DNA of 58,793 nt, taken from positions 1 through 58,793 of IMG/VR virus record IMGVR_UViG_3300048790_000047; one strand, given 5' to 3'. A program made the translations under genes and the position numbers. Source of the stretch: a virus. Lineage: Duplodnaviria > Caudoviricetes. Below, one piece after another: positions 26,932-36,394 of this stretch. The notes under the pieces were generated by a model, which searched no databases, was not told the origin of the DNA, and worked only from the letters and a program-made list of their open reading frames with translations. Each line of letters begins with the position of its first letter. Positions within the stretch are counted from its first letter, which is position 1.

Positions 26932-28172
26932 GCGAACCTATTCAAGGCGAAGAGCTTACACCGGAGCAATCACAGCAGTGGCAAGACACACTGTCGCTGA
27001 TGGCGTGGACAGCACCGGGCTTCCGGCACATCTTCTATAAGTTGCTGGCGAACAACGACGGCAAGTACGTGGCCGTACCCACGCGCGCCGTGCCGATTGC
27101 AGCGACTGACGCGAAGAACATTCTGATCAACCCAGATACATTCTTCAAGTACAGCTTGAAAGAGCGAGCGTTCATACTTGCCCATGAGATCGTGCACAAC
27201 GTGTACGGTGACGTGGAGCTACTGCATCGCTGCAAGACAGCGGGCAAGGTGCCCATGCACGGTGGCAAGGAACTACCCTTCGACAATAAGACGATGCAAC
27301 ATGCGATGGACTACCGCATCAACGCTCTCTTGAAAGAGAGTAAGATCGGTACGCCGCCAAAGGCTTGCTTGCTCGATCCCAAGATGGCTGGCCCCAATGA
27401 CAGCGTGCTCGAAGTGTACGGCAAGCTGTACAAGAAGAAGAAAGAAGACGGCGACCTAGATGGTGAAGGCTTCGACGAGTTGCTATCACCCGGTGCCAGC
27501 ACTGGCCAGACGCCGTCGCAAGCGCAGCGCAACGCACAGCAATGGGCGGTGGAAACTGCGGCGGCACAGACCATTGAGCAGATGCGTTCACAGGGCAAGA
27601 TGGCTGGCGCGCTGCGGCGTATGTTCAAGGATATCCTTGAGCCTGAGATACCGTGGACCGAGCACATTCAGTCCATCTTCGCACGCAAGGTGGGCACTGG
27701 GTCATACGACTGGAAGCGTCCCGACCGGCGTTTCATCGTGCGGGATATCCATATGCCGTCACGGTCCGGGAAGGGTGCGGGCTGGCTAGTAGTGTGGGGC
27801 GACACATCGGGCAGCATCGGAGCCAGCGAGTTGAACAAGTATCTGGGCGAGTTGTCCGGTATCATCGAGGACACGCGGCCGCGCAGGCTCACAGTCATAT
27901 GGTGTGACGCTGCTATATCGCACATCGATGAACTCGAAGAGGCGATGGACTTGCAGACCATTAAGCGCCGTGGCGTTGGCGGCGGCGGTGGCACAAGCTG
28001 TGACCCAGTGTTCAAGTGGATCGCTGACAGCCTTGAGGTACCCGATATGTTCATCGGGTTCACGGATGGCTATGTCACGTTCCCCAAGATGGAGCCTACG
28101 TTCCCTGTGATCTGGGCGTCAGTGTCCGACGTTAAGTATCCCTGGGGCGACGTGGTTCGCATCCACCCATGA
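26928..28172 (+). CDS. DUF2201-type HEXXH metallopeptidase-like + VWA domain protein
   Basis: ILAHEIVH; MIDAS motif GDTSGS, GGGGT, FTDGY. Confidence 0.88.
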   Translation: MSEPIQGEELTPEQSQQWQDTLSLMAWTAPGFRHIFYKLLANNDGKYVAVPTRAVPIAATDAKNILINPDTFFKYSLKERAFILAHEIVHNVYGDVELLHRCKTAGKVPMHGGKELPFDNKTMQHAMDYRINALLKESKIGTPPKACLLDPKMAGPNDSVLEVYGKLYKKKKEDGDLDGEGFDELLSPGASTGQTPSQAQRNAQQWAVETAAAQTIEQMRSQGKMAGALRRMFKDILEPEIPWTEHIQSIFARKVGTGSYDWKRPDRRFIVRDIHMPSRSGKGAGWLVVWGDTSGSIGASELNKYLGELSGIIEDTRPRRLTVIWCDAAISHIDELEEAMDLQTIKRRGVGGGGGTSCDPVFKWIADSLEVPDMFIGFTDGYVTFPKMEPTFPVIWASVSDVKYPWGDVVRIHP

Positions 28173-28494
28173 AGAGCAGGTACCAATGTGCAAGGGAAAT
28201 TAAGGTAGCGTACATGAATCCGATGCACCGGTACCAAAGCGGGCCCGCCTCTATGAGGAATAAAGAAGCGTGGGATAGGTGGCGCAAGTGGCGGGCTGAC
28301 TGGCTTGATTATGTGAAGCAGGTGGAACACGATGCCAAAGAAAAAGAAGTCGGTCAGTATCGCCCGCCAAGTCTACATAGCATACACGTCTCACTGCGTC
28401 GAAGGCAGGCTCTCACTGCCGTGCAATCTGCCGCACGAAAAACTACGGAGCGAGTGGCAGGAAGCATGGTTTGTACTGTGCAGGAAGATGATCA

Positions 28495-28728
28495 ATGAAG
28501 AGCGAGATAACGCCAGAGCAAATAATACAAAACGGTGAAGCTATTCGCGAAGCAATTCGCGAAAGGTATTGGGCTGATAGCTTCAGGCTACCGGAAGCGG
28601 GCGAGGCTAGGGAGCGCTATGCCAAATGGTTCAGCGATGGGATCAGTTATATCTATGACGTACTAGAGCAGGCGCGCACTGATCAGCAAAAAACCGTTAC
28701 CGCGGCGGTAAAAAATCCCGCGGCGTAG
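28495..28728 (+). CDS. Hypothetical protein
   Basis: 77 aa; ends across the palindrome copy at 28697. Confidence 0.6.
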   Translation: MKSEITPEQIIQNGEAIREAIRERYWADSFRLPEAGEARERYAKWFSDGISYIYDVLEQARTDQQKTVTAAVKNPAA

Positions 28729-28749
28729 AATAACTTGGTTCGTTCGTTG

Positions 28750-28774
28750 CTCTAAACCTCACCGAGGTTTAGAG
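28750..28774. promoter_or_regulatory. Perfect 11-bp inverted repeat with a 3-nt loop
   Basis: ctctaaacctc acc gaggtttagag upstream of the 28813 gene. Confidence 0.5.
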
Positions 28775-28812
28775 TGGTTTCTGAAATAAGTCAACCCCTG
28801 AGGAGCAAAAAT

Positions 28813-29538
28813 ATGTCACGTCGAAAAAGAATTTTCCCCATAAAAGAATACGATACCGCTACCGGTGCGTTAATCCGCAACACGATGGGCCGGTTCAGAA
28901 CCGTAGCTATAGCGCGTTGCAACAAGCTGACGACCGATACCGTGAACGTAATGACGCGCTTCGATTACACGGTTGCGGAGGTGATCCCGTGGTTCGTCAA
29001 GCCCGAATACAGGGCGCTGCTAGAAAAAGCGTATAATCTGGCAGAGACACCGTCCTACGTGACGGCCTCCGTACCAGAGGATTGTGATCTTCACTTCCAG
29101 TTTCAGGGTATAGAGATGCTGACGCCATCACCGGCCTGTATGATTTTTGATAAAACGCTGGGTGCGCCTCTCGCTGACTTTATCAAAGAGGTACGCGCCA
29201 TCCATGCTGACTGGGCTGTGGTCAAGTACGTTGTGAATTGGCTAGATAAGTTCGCCACGCCCGGCGCGATACGATACTATTTTCCATCGATCATGGCGCT
29301 TGCGCCTGAGTGGGACGGCATTAGCGAGGACACGGCTAAGCGTTTCGTTGATCCGATTGGCGTTGCCAAGATGATGCCACTCTTTCGCGATGCTGCTTCG
29401 ACTGTGGCAAGCGCGCAGTTGCTCCCCGCCGTTGTGCCCTTAAAAAACCATAAAGGGTTAACCCTTTATTTAGATAGTAGCGTCATTGTGCGGCACGACG
29501 TTCCCATTGACGCTGAAACTCAACAGTTTTTTATCTGA
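28813..29538 (+). CDS. Hypothetical protein
   Basis: CTGAGGAG RBS, about 241 aa. Confidence 0.7.
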   Translation: MSRRKRIFPIKEYDTATGALIRNTMGRFRTVAIARCNKLTTDTVNVMTRFDYTVAEVIPWFVKPEYRALLEKAYNLAETPSYVTASVPEDCDLHFQFQGIEMLTPSPACMIFDKTLGAPLADFIKEVRAIHADWAVVKYVVNWLDKFATPGAIRYYFPSIMALAPEWDGISEDTAKRFVDPIGVAKMMPLFRDAASTVASAQLLPAVVPLKNHKGLTLYLDSSVIVRHDVPIDAETQQFFI

Positions 29539-29550
29539 GCATCCCCCCGG

Positions 29551-31446
29551 ATGATTGATCCCAAAGCGCACCGTCTGTTGTTCCTGGACGCCGAGACATA
29601 TTTCGACGACGAGTATTCGTTGCGAAAAATGCCGACGCCCAATTACATCTTGGACCCACGGTTCGAGTTGCAGATGGTGGCTGTCAAAGAAGGGCGAGGC
29701 CAGACCCATATCATAGACGGGCCGGACTTCAGTGCGTTCCTCTCTGGGTTCGATCTAAAAAATACCACCACGGTAACATTCAACTCGCTCTTCGATAACT
29801 CGATCTTGGCGTGGCAGTACGGGTTCGTGCCCGCGCGCATGTTGGATGCGATGGGCATGGCGCGCACGCTGATGGGGCACAAGCTGCGGCGGTTCTCACT
29901 CGCTGCCGTTGGCGAGGCTCTGGGCGTAGGTATCAAAGGTGACGCCCTGATGAAGGTCAAAGGGATGCGAGCCGCGCAGATAAAGGCGGCTGGCCTCTGG
30001 CCTGAGTTTTCCAAGTACGCCATCCAAGACGTTGACGTGATGTTCGGCATCTTTACAAAGCTGATCAAGGACTTTCCCGCATCCGAGCAAAGGCTCATGG
30101 ACCTAGTGCTCCGCTGTTGCGTTGAGCCGCGCTTCCAGTTTGACATACCCCTAGCGACTTCGCACCTGCAAGAGGTCAAGGACGCCAAGAGCGCCATGCT
30201 TGCAGTGTCGGGCGTTGACGTGGTTACCCTTATGTCGGCGGTTAAATTCACCGACACGTTGCGAGGTTTGGGCGTCGATGTTGAAACGAAGACTTCGCCC
30301 ACCGGCCGGCAAGTGCCAGCTATCGCAAAGACTGATAAGTTTATGGAGACGCTGCTAGATCATCCCGACATGCGGGTGCAGGCTCTGGCTACTGCGAGGC
30401 TTGGCCACAAGAGCACGCTGGAGGAGACGCGCACCGAGAAGCTGCTGAGCATCGGCAATCTCGATTGGTCGCGTTACCACGGCGGTAAAAATCTCATGCC
30501 CGTCCCGCTGCGGTTCGGCGGCGCGCACACCCACCGCCTGTCTGGCGACTGGGGCATGAACATGCAGAACCTGCCATCGTCGCGCCAAGCCAAGTCGAAG
30601 CTGCGGCGCGCACTGATCGCGCCACCGGGCCACAAAGTTTTGACGTGCGACTTAGGACAGATCGAGGCGAGGCTTGTCGCGTGGATATGCGGTTGCGAGA
30701 ACTTGGTAAAGCAATTTGCGGACAAACTCGACCCATATTCCCTACTAGCTGAGGCTATCTTTGGCTATTCAGTTGATCGTAAAGGCGCGCAGAAGGCCGA
30801 GGGCTTCATTGGCAAGACCGGCATCTTGGGGCTGGGCTACGGCTGCGGAGCCGAGAAATTCTATACAATGGTCGCCATGCTGGCGCGCACGTCCGGTATT
30901 GACTTTCCCGCGCTGGGTATCACCTGGGACCGCAAGCTGGCGCAGAAGGCCGTTGACACGTATCGGCAAGAATACGAGGCGATAAAGTACGGCTGGTATC
31001 GGCTAGACCGCATACTAAAGACGGCATGGCTGGGGCTGAGCGGCCCGGCGAAATTCGGGCCATGCCTCATTGGTCACGGCGAGGTTAAGCTGCCGAGCGG
31101 CTTGAGCCTTATGTATGAGCGCCCGCACCTAGACCCTGAGAACGCCGAGTTGATGTATTTTTACGGCGGCGTCCCGCACAAAATTTATGGTGCGAAGATG
31201 CTTGAAAACATCGTGCAGGCTCTGGCGCGGATCGTCGTGATGAACGCCGCGCTGCGGCTTGCTGATCGCGGCTATCGCTTTGTCTTGCAGGCGCATGACG
31301 AGCTAGTGTTCATTGTTCCTGACGCGGACGTTGACAACGCTAAAAAGATCATTCATGGTGAAATGGTAAGGGTGCCCTCATGGGCAACGGGTTTGCCACT
31401 CACCGCTGACGTAGGCGTGGGAAACTCGTACGGGGAAGCGAAATGA
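29551..31446 (+). CDS. polA: Family A DNA polymerase with 3'-5' exonuclease domain
   Basis: Exonuclease LDAET, FNSLFD, YAIQD; NMQNLP; motif A DLGQIEAR; motif B K...LGLGYG; motif C AHDE. Confidence 0.95.
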   Translation: MIDPKAHRLLFLDAETYFDDEYSLRKMPTPNYILDPRFELQMVAVKEGRGQTHIIDGPDFSAFLSGFDLKNTTTVTFNSLFDNSILAWQYGFVPARMLDAMGMARTLMGHKLRRFSLAAVGEALGVGIKGDALMKVKGMRAAQIKAAGLWPEFSKYAIQDVDVMFGIFTKLIKDFPASEQRLMDLVLRCCVEPRFQFDIPLATSHLQEVKDAKSAMLAVSGVDVVTLMSAVKFTDTLRGLGVDVETKTSPTGRQVPAIAKTDKFMETLLDHPDMRVQALATARLGHKSTLEETRTEKLLSIGNLDWSRYHGGKNLMPVPLRFGGAHTHRLSGDWGMNMQNLPSSRQAKSKLRRALIAPPGHKVLTCDLGQIEARLVAWICGCENLVKQFADKLDPYSLLAEAIFGYSVDRKGAQKAEGFIGKTGILGLGYGCGAEKFYTMVAMLARTSGIDFPALGITWDRKLAQKAVDTYRQEYEAIKYGWYRLDRILKTAWLGLSGPAKFGPCLIGHGEVKLPSGLSLMYERPHLDPENAELMYFYGGVPHKIYGAKMLENIVQALARIVVMNAALRLADRGYRFVLQAHDELVFIVPDADVDNAKKIIHGEMVRVPSWATGLPLTADVGVGNSYGEAK

Positions 31447-31589
31447 AACTGAGCATCGCACTGCTGCTGATCCCGACTGTGTGCTACTCTGGCATATCAG
31501 CCAATGAAGCATGGCAAGGTCACTGGCCGCAAGCGCTAGTGTTCTTTGGCTATGCGCTGGCGAACACTGGCCTGATGGTGACGCTGTGA
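31443..31589 (+). CDS. Small membrane protein (48 aa)
   Basis: My translation: MKLSIALLLIPTVCYSG...LVFFGYALANTGLMVTL; ATGA and GTGA overlaps with both neighbours. Confidence 0.55.
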   Translation: MKLSIALLLIPTVCYSGISANEAWQGHWPQALVFFGYALANTGLMVTL

Positions 31590-32188
31590 CCGCGACGGTA
31601 ACAAAACCCACAACGGCCTTTGAAGGTGACAAGCGTACAGGCGCGGACGACCGCGGCTTCTACATTCGCACGTTCACCGGCAAGCAATTTTACTGGGATG
31701 AAATCGAAAAGAACGAGTACGACATTCGTGACATTGCGCACGCGCTGTCGATGAACTGTCGCTGGACCGGACACGTAAAAAAATTCTACTCCGTGGCACA
31801 GCACAGCCTGATGTGCTCGATGCAGGTGCCGACCAAGCACGCGCTGGCAGCGCTGCTCCATGACGCGACCGAGGCATATGTTCACGATACTCCGTCGCCC
31901 CTTAAATGGTACCTACGCGAGCGCGGGTTCACGTCATTCGCAGACCTTGAGAAGCGGATCGACGTTGCCCTCAATAAGACGTTCGGCGTCACTCTGCCGC
32001 GAGACCCCTGTATAAAGGAAGCCGACCTCCGCATGTTGGCCACCGAGAACCGGGACCTTATGGAGCAGGGGCAAGAGAGCGAGTGGATGGTGAAGCCATA
32101 CGATTTTCGGATCACGCCGATCCCCCCGGAGCAGGCCGAGGCGTACTTTCTTAACCGCTACACCGCACTAACAGGAGTGACCCCATGA
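31586..32188 (+). CDS. HD-domain 5'-deoxynucleotidase (YfbR-like)
   Basis: DIAHALS..CRW.GH..FYSVAQHS, ALLHDATEAY..D, ADL.MLATE.RDL. Confidence 0.88.
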   Translation: MTATVTKPTTAFEGDKRTGADDRGFYIRTFTGKQFYWDEIEKNEYDIRDIAHALSMNCRWTGHVKKFYSVAQHSLMCSMQVPTKHALAALLHDATEAYVHDTPSPLKWYLRERGFTSFADLEKRIDVALNKTFGVTLPRDPCIKEADLRMLATENRDLMEQGQESEWMVKPYDFRITPIPPEQAEAYFLNRYTALTGVTP

Positions 32189-32736
32189 AAGCGTTTGAAG
32201 CCCTAGCACCGAGCGAAGAGCGTTTTGTACTTCCGCAACACGGACTTCCGCAATCGCAATCTGTGACTACCGCGCGTGCGCGCGCAGGAGAAAAAGCCGA
32301 GCCGACCCCGGCGGCCGCCGAGGCCCCCCGCCCAGGCGACGACATAAAGGGTGGCGCGCTAAAGATGGACATGGGCAAAGCCCCCCTCTTTACGCTGGTC
32401 ATGCAATACTTCCCGAAGGCTCTGACCGCGGTGGCGAACGTGAGCGAGTACGGCCTGCGGAAATATAATCCGGGTGGACCCGGTACAGGTTGGAAGCGCG
32501 TACCCGACGGCGCCAATAGGTATGGCGACGGATTGGTGCGGCACATCGTTAAAGAGTCTGTCGAAGGCCCGTACGACTTACAAGACAGCGGACTGGCGCA
32601 CGCCGCGCAGGCTGCGTGGAACGCACTAGCCCGTCTTGAGATACTACTGGAAGACGGATTGCTCCTCGACATGCGCGGCAACGAAATCGTGGACGGCAAG
32701 CCCGTGCTGGGTACAGCGCGTCCGGTCAAGATTTGA
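32185..32736 (+). CDS. dATP/dGTP diphosphohydrolase-domain protein (DUF5664-like)
   Basis: K.D.GK, AL..VA.V..YG..KY, W, D..SGLAHAAQAAWNAL. Confidence 0.8.
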   Translation: MKAFEALAPSEERFVLPQHGLPQSQSVTTARARAGEKAEPTPAAAEAPRPGDDIKGGALKMDMGKAPLFTLVMQYFPKALTAVANVSEYGLRKYNPGGPGTGWKRVPDGANRYGDGLVRHIVKESVEGPYDLQDSGLAHAAQAAWNALARLEILLEDGLLLDMRGNEIVDGKPVLGTARPVKI

Positions 32737-32759
32737 TTTTACCGCGACGGTAACAGACT

Positions 32760-33056
32760 ATGTCTCGATCTCCAGGCGGCTGGGTTGAAACTGAAATTCG
32801 TCCGGCGCGCGAGTTTAGCGAAAAGACGAAGCTGGAGATTGCAGCCGGACAAAGGCAGGTGCGCAAGCACCTACGCGCGGAAACGATGCGCTTGTTCAGT
32901 GATCTATATAACTGCGACGTACACTATGTGGCCGCGACCGACGAAATGCACGTTTACGTTGGCAATACGCTGGTGTGGAAAGAAGACGTGGGAGTGTTTC
33001 CGACAGACCTATGTACGGCGCATGTCGCGCTGGCAATCGAAGCAGGTGTGAAGTGA
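32760..33056 (+). CDS. Hypothetical protein (F/Y-P-S/T-D/E family, member 1)
   Basis: C-terminal EDVGVFPTDLCTAHVALAI. Confidence 0.65.
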   Translation: MSRSPGGWVETEIRPAREFSEKTKLEIAAGQRQVRKHLRAETMRLFSDLYNCDVHYVAATDEMHVYVGNTLVWKEDVGVFPTDLCTAHVALAIEAGVK

Positions 33057-33337
33057 GCGAGTTGACGGGTGAAGCATTTAAGCTGGCGACTGACGCGCTA
33101 AACGCACGCAGCGACCGAGTAGAGCTTGTAGAGCGCTGGGCGCGAGCAAAGAAGATAACGGTGTACGAATTAAAAGAAGTGGAAAAGAATAACGGGTCAT
33201 TGCTTTTGCCGCGCCCCCCGTTTGGGGGGACAGACATTACCGTGGCAGTAAACGGGGCCAGACTTACCGAGCCGGCTAAGGTTTTTCCTAGTGAGCACAT
33301 GATCGCGCAGATCGCGCTTGGGATCGGAGCAGAGTGA
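33053..33337 (+). CDS. Hypothetical protein (F/Y-P-S/T-D/E family, member 2)
   Basis: C-terminal EPAKVFPSEHMIAQIALGI; GTGA overlap. Confidence 0.6.
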   Translation: MSELTGEAFKLATDALNARSDRVELVERWARAKKITVYELKEVEKNNGSLLLPRPPFGGTDITVAVNGARLTEPAKVFPSEHMIAQIALGIGAE

Positions 33338-33383
33338 TGGCTAACAATGATTTTTATCATCGAAGCAGGGCAGAGTAACAAAA

Positions 33384-34058
33384 ATGGGTAAGCAATTCGC
33401 GTGGTCATTCTCGAAGCTGAAAAATTTCGAGACGTGCCCGAAGCGCCACTACGAAATCGATATCGCCAAAACGTACGCAGAGGCCATGGAGCCTGGCGGC
33501 GCGCTGGACTGGGGCAACCAAGTGCACAAGGCGCTGGCGCTGGCGTGCGACGGTAAAGCGCCGCTGCCGCCTGAAATGGCCGATTACCAAAAGTGGGTTG
33601 ACAAGGTGCGAGCCGGCCCCGGTGATCTGTACGTTGAACAAAAATACGCGATCACAAAAGACTTCCAGAAAACAAGTTGGTTCGGTCACAACGCGTGGTA
33701 CCGGGGCATAGGCGACGTGGTGCGAGTAGCTGGCCCCGTGGCGCTGATCATGGACTGGAAGACGGGCAAGATACTCGTCGACAGCGTGCAGCTTATGCTG
33801 ATGGCGCAGTGTATCTTCAGCCACTTTCCACAGGTCAAGAAGGTCCGAAGCGAGTACGTATGGCTCAAAGAGGATTGCTCGACGCCAGAGTTGTTCGACC
33901 GGCAGGACGTGGCCGATGCTTGGGTGGGTGTGCTCGATCGCGTCGTCAACTTGGAGAACGCCGCCAAGTCGCAGAACTATCCGCCGAAGCCGGGCAAGCT
34001 GTGTCGTAAGTGGTGCCCAGTCATGAGTTGTCCCTACCACGGCAAGGGAGGCTACTGA
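33384..34058 (+). CDS. PD-(D/E)XK exonuclease (Cas4/AddB-like)
   Basis: WSFSKL..FETCP, GNQVH, GIGD...DWKTGK, C-terminal CRKWCPVMSC. Confidence 0.88.
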   Translation: MGKQFAWSFSKLKNFETCPKRHYEIDIAKTYAEAMEPGGALDWGNQVHKALALACDGKAPLPPEMADYQKWVDKVRAGPGDLYVEQKYAITKDFQKTSWFGHNAWYRGIGDVVRVAGPVALIMDWKTGKILVDSVQLMLMAQCIFSHFPQVKKVRSEYVWLKEDCSTPELFDRQDVADAWVGVLDRVVNLENAAKSQNYPPKPGKLCRKWCPVMSCPYHGKGGY

Positions 34059-34228
34059 TGCGACGATCCCACGTTGAAATGCGGTCTAACCAAAGCGTGA
34101 TTGCCCGGCAGTTCGTTAGCGAGACACACGATCACAAGCCAGATGCACCGGCAAGAGCAGCGCCGAAGCCGCTGACTAAAGAAGAGTTGATGGCGCGGTT
34201 GAGCGCCAAGTTCAAAGTTCGCAGTTAA
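34058..34228 (+). CDS. Hypothetical protein
   Basis: TGATG overlap with the upstream gene. Confidence 0.5.
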   Translation: MRRSHVEMRSNQSVIARQFVSETHDHKPDAPARAAPKPLTKEELMARLSAKFKVRS

Positions 34229-34243
34229 CGGGACAGGAATGAC

Positions 34244-34699
34244 ATGGATACCAAAGAACGCAGATTTATCACGGCGGCAGAGGAACTCTACAGCGCGGTC
34301 GCGCAAGGAAGCCGCATGGCTTGGCCTCCGCATCTTGTGAAGGCGATGGACGAGTTTGCCGCTGCCAGCAACGACAACGGCCCGATAACCGCCGCCGATC
34401 TTGCGAAGGCGCTGCGCCACATGGGCGTTAACGAGGACAAGTGGGATTGGTTGGCGCAGGAAGCCGCAATCATGCTTGAGGATCAAGCCGCCGAGATTAC
34501 CGACCTCCGCAACGGGAAACCGCAAGCCGGGAATGGCGCTGTGACGCCTGCGAAGCACATAATGTCCACAAACCTTTTAGCCATCGCGCAGCGCGAGGAA
34601 AGCCTTGGCCATGCCGAGTTGGCTAAGATCATAGAGGTCGCCGCGCACGAACTTGAGCGGCTATACGAACGCGAGCATTCATACATTCATAAGCCATAA
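34244..34699 (+). CDS. Hypothetical protein
   Basis: 151 aa, AGGA RBS. Confidence 0.65.
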   Translation: MDTKERRFITAAEELYSAVAQGSRMAWPPHLVKAMDEFAAASNDNGPITAADLAKALRHMGVNEDKWDWLAQEAAIMLEDQAAEITDLRNGKPQAGNGAVTPAKHIMSTNLLAIAQREESLGHAELAKIIEVAAHELERLYEREHSYIHKP

Positions 34700-34805
34700 G
34701 AGGTCACAGTGTCTGCTCGACGCGGCGTAGAACAAGGACGTGTATTTGCGATGCTCAAGCGCGAGATAGCCGCGCTGCCCGCTGGCGACCCGTTGCGTAT
34801 TCGAC

Positions 34806-35108
34806 GTGAACGTACATTGGAGGCAAAAGTTGCCCGACGACAAAGACGACGACTTAGAAATTCCGGAGTGCCTTCGCAGGTATCCGGGCGAAATACGCCC
34901 CGCGTGGAAACCTACGCCAGCAGTAGTCGCTGCCAAGGAGGAGTGGGAGCGCCGCGAGGAAGTGATCCGCGAGCAGAAAGCTGCGGAGCGCAAGGCTAAG
35001 AACGCCAGAGGGCTGGCAAAGGTGAGAGCTAAACACCCCGGTGAGAGATATGACCGGAAGCGAAAAATCTGGGTGCCTGTGGAGAAGATCGATGCGCTGG
35101 AAACGTGA
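34806..35108 (+). CDS. Hypothetical protein
   Basis: DDLEIPECLRR motif (resembles the FtsZ C-terminal peptide pattern) followed by a basic helix. Confidence 0.55.
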   Translation: MNVHWRQKLPDDKDDDLEIPECLRRYPGEIRPAWKPTPAVVAAKEEWERREEVIREQKAAERKAKNARGLAKVRAKHPGERYDRKRKIWVPVEKIDALET

Positions 35109-35346
35109 GACAAGGCAAGCCCGGCGAGACCGGCAAGACAGCGAGCATTTTGCGTGGATCAAACTCGTGTCAGAATGGCATCGCACATTTGCGTGGCGGC
35201 CCCGGTACACCGAGGACGGTGGTATCTGCATGTGGATGGAGTTTGTCTTAACACGCAGGGTGTCGGGTGGGCACTGGCAATACCGCCCGATCACGATTTT
35301 GGAAACAGACATTTTACCGCGACGGTAACGAAACAGGAGAACAAAA

Positions 35347-35847
35347 ATGTCTATATCAGACCGAGTGTACCCATACGAGTACGAGAACCGCCCTGCGACA
35401 GCCGCGCCTAGTCTTCCGCAGGGGTACTTGTCGGTGAGCGAAGTAGAGCGCCTCGCGAAAGCCGGCGTCAGCATTTCATACGACGCTATCCGCGAGAGGA
35501 TATATTCAGACATACCGGCTGAGGGGCCGCTTAACGAGACCGAGCGCATGATCAGGGCGTTCCAAGACCGCTGGTCCCTTGCACACGCGCCGCACGCGGA
35601 TTGTTATAACCATTCCAGTATCGTTGCCCTCATGCCGGTGCGGCACGGTGGCAAGGTGTATGTCATGGTCCAGATGCTTGGTCTCCCGCCGGTCATGCTC
35701 GAAGACGACGCCATGATGTATCCGTCGGATGCGCTCATAGCGAAGATCATCCTCTACAAAGAGACGCAGAAGAACACCGAAGACTTTGGGTCCGGGACGG
35801 GCGCAAACGCTACGCCTACTTCTACGAATGGGCGATTGACGCGATGA
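35347..35847 (+). CDS. Hypothetical protein (F/Y-P-S/T-D/E family, member 3)
   Basis: EDDAMMYPSDALIAKIILY; AGGAG RBS. Confidence 0.7.
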   Translation: MSISDRVYPYEYENRPATAAPSLPQGYLSVSEVERLAKAGVSISYDAIRERIYSDIPAEGPLNETERMIRAFQDRWSLAHAPHADCYNHSSIVALMPVRHGGKVYVMVQMLGLPPVMLEDDAMMYPSDALIAKIILYKETQKNTEDFGSGTGANATPTSTNGRLTR

Positions 35848-36146
35848 CACCCGAAGGCCGCGTCAAAGCAAAAGTCAACCGGCTGATCGCCAGCTACGAC
35901 TTAGTGTGGAAGTTCATGCCGGTGCAGATGGGTATGGGCGCTCCGTCGCTGGACTACATGCTGTGCGTGAACGGCCACTTTGACTGTGTCGAGACCAAGG
36001 TTAAGGGCAAGAAGATGACGCCGCGCCAAGAAGCAACCGCCGCGGCGATACGCGCTGCTGGCGGTACGGTGTTCGTGGTCGATGACGACACCTCGCTGCT
36101 GGTATTCGAGAGATATCTAATCAGCATGGGATGCAAGAAAAAATGA
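35844..36146 (+). CDS. VRR-NUC domain nuclease
   Basis: MTPEGRVK...G.PSLD.....ETK....TPRQ......GG.VFVV. Confidence 0.88.
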   Translation: MTPEGRVKAKVNRLIASYDLVWKFMPVQMGMGAPSLDYMLCVNGHFDCVETKVKGKKMTPRQEATAAAIRAAGGTVFVVDDDTSLLVFERYLISMGCKKK

Positions 36147-36394
36147 TCAAACACACTAAGAAAACCTTTACCCGTTGGACGCTACAGTGGCGCTCCGAAA
36201 ATAAACGCGACGGTCGCCGGGAGTATATGTGTGCCTCGATGAAAGGGCTGTTCGACACGCGTGCGGAAGCGCGAGCAGCCCAAGAGAACGAGTACTGTTA
36301 CCTGCAAGGGCGCCCTGATTTACGCGCTGAACCACATGGCTGGCTAGTCCCCAAAGTCGTCAAGGTAAAAGTCACAATCTCCATATGTCGATAG
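36143..36394 (+). CDS. Hypothetical protein
   Basis: Overlapping start/stop coupling with neighbours. Confidence 0.55.
   Translation: MIKHTKKTFTRWTLQWRSENKRDGRREYMCASMKGLFDTRAEARAAQENEYCYLQGRPDLRAEPHGWLVPKVVKVKVTISICR

Noticed and set aside
31586-32736. Z-genome (2-aminoadenine) or 7-deazaguanine pathway
   Set aside because: No PurZ, DpdA or Que/FolE homologue recognised in the window
33384-34058. Cas4 as evidence of a CRISPR system
   Set aside because: Stand-alone phage exonuclease in the replication module; no other cas genes or array
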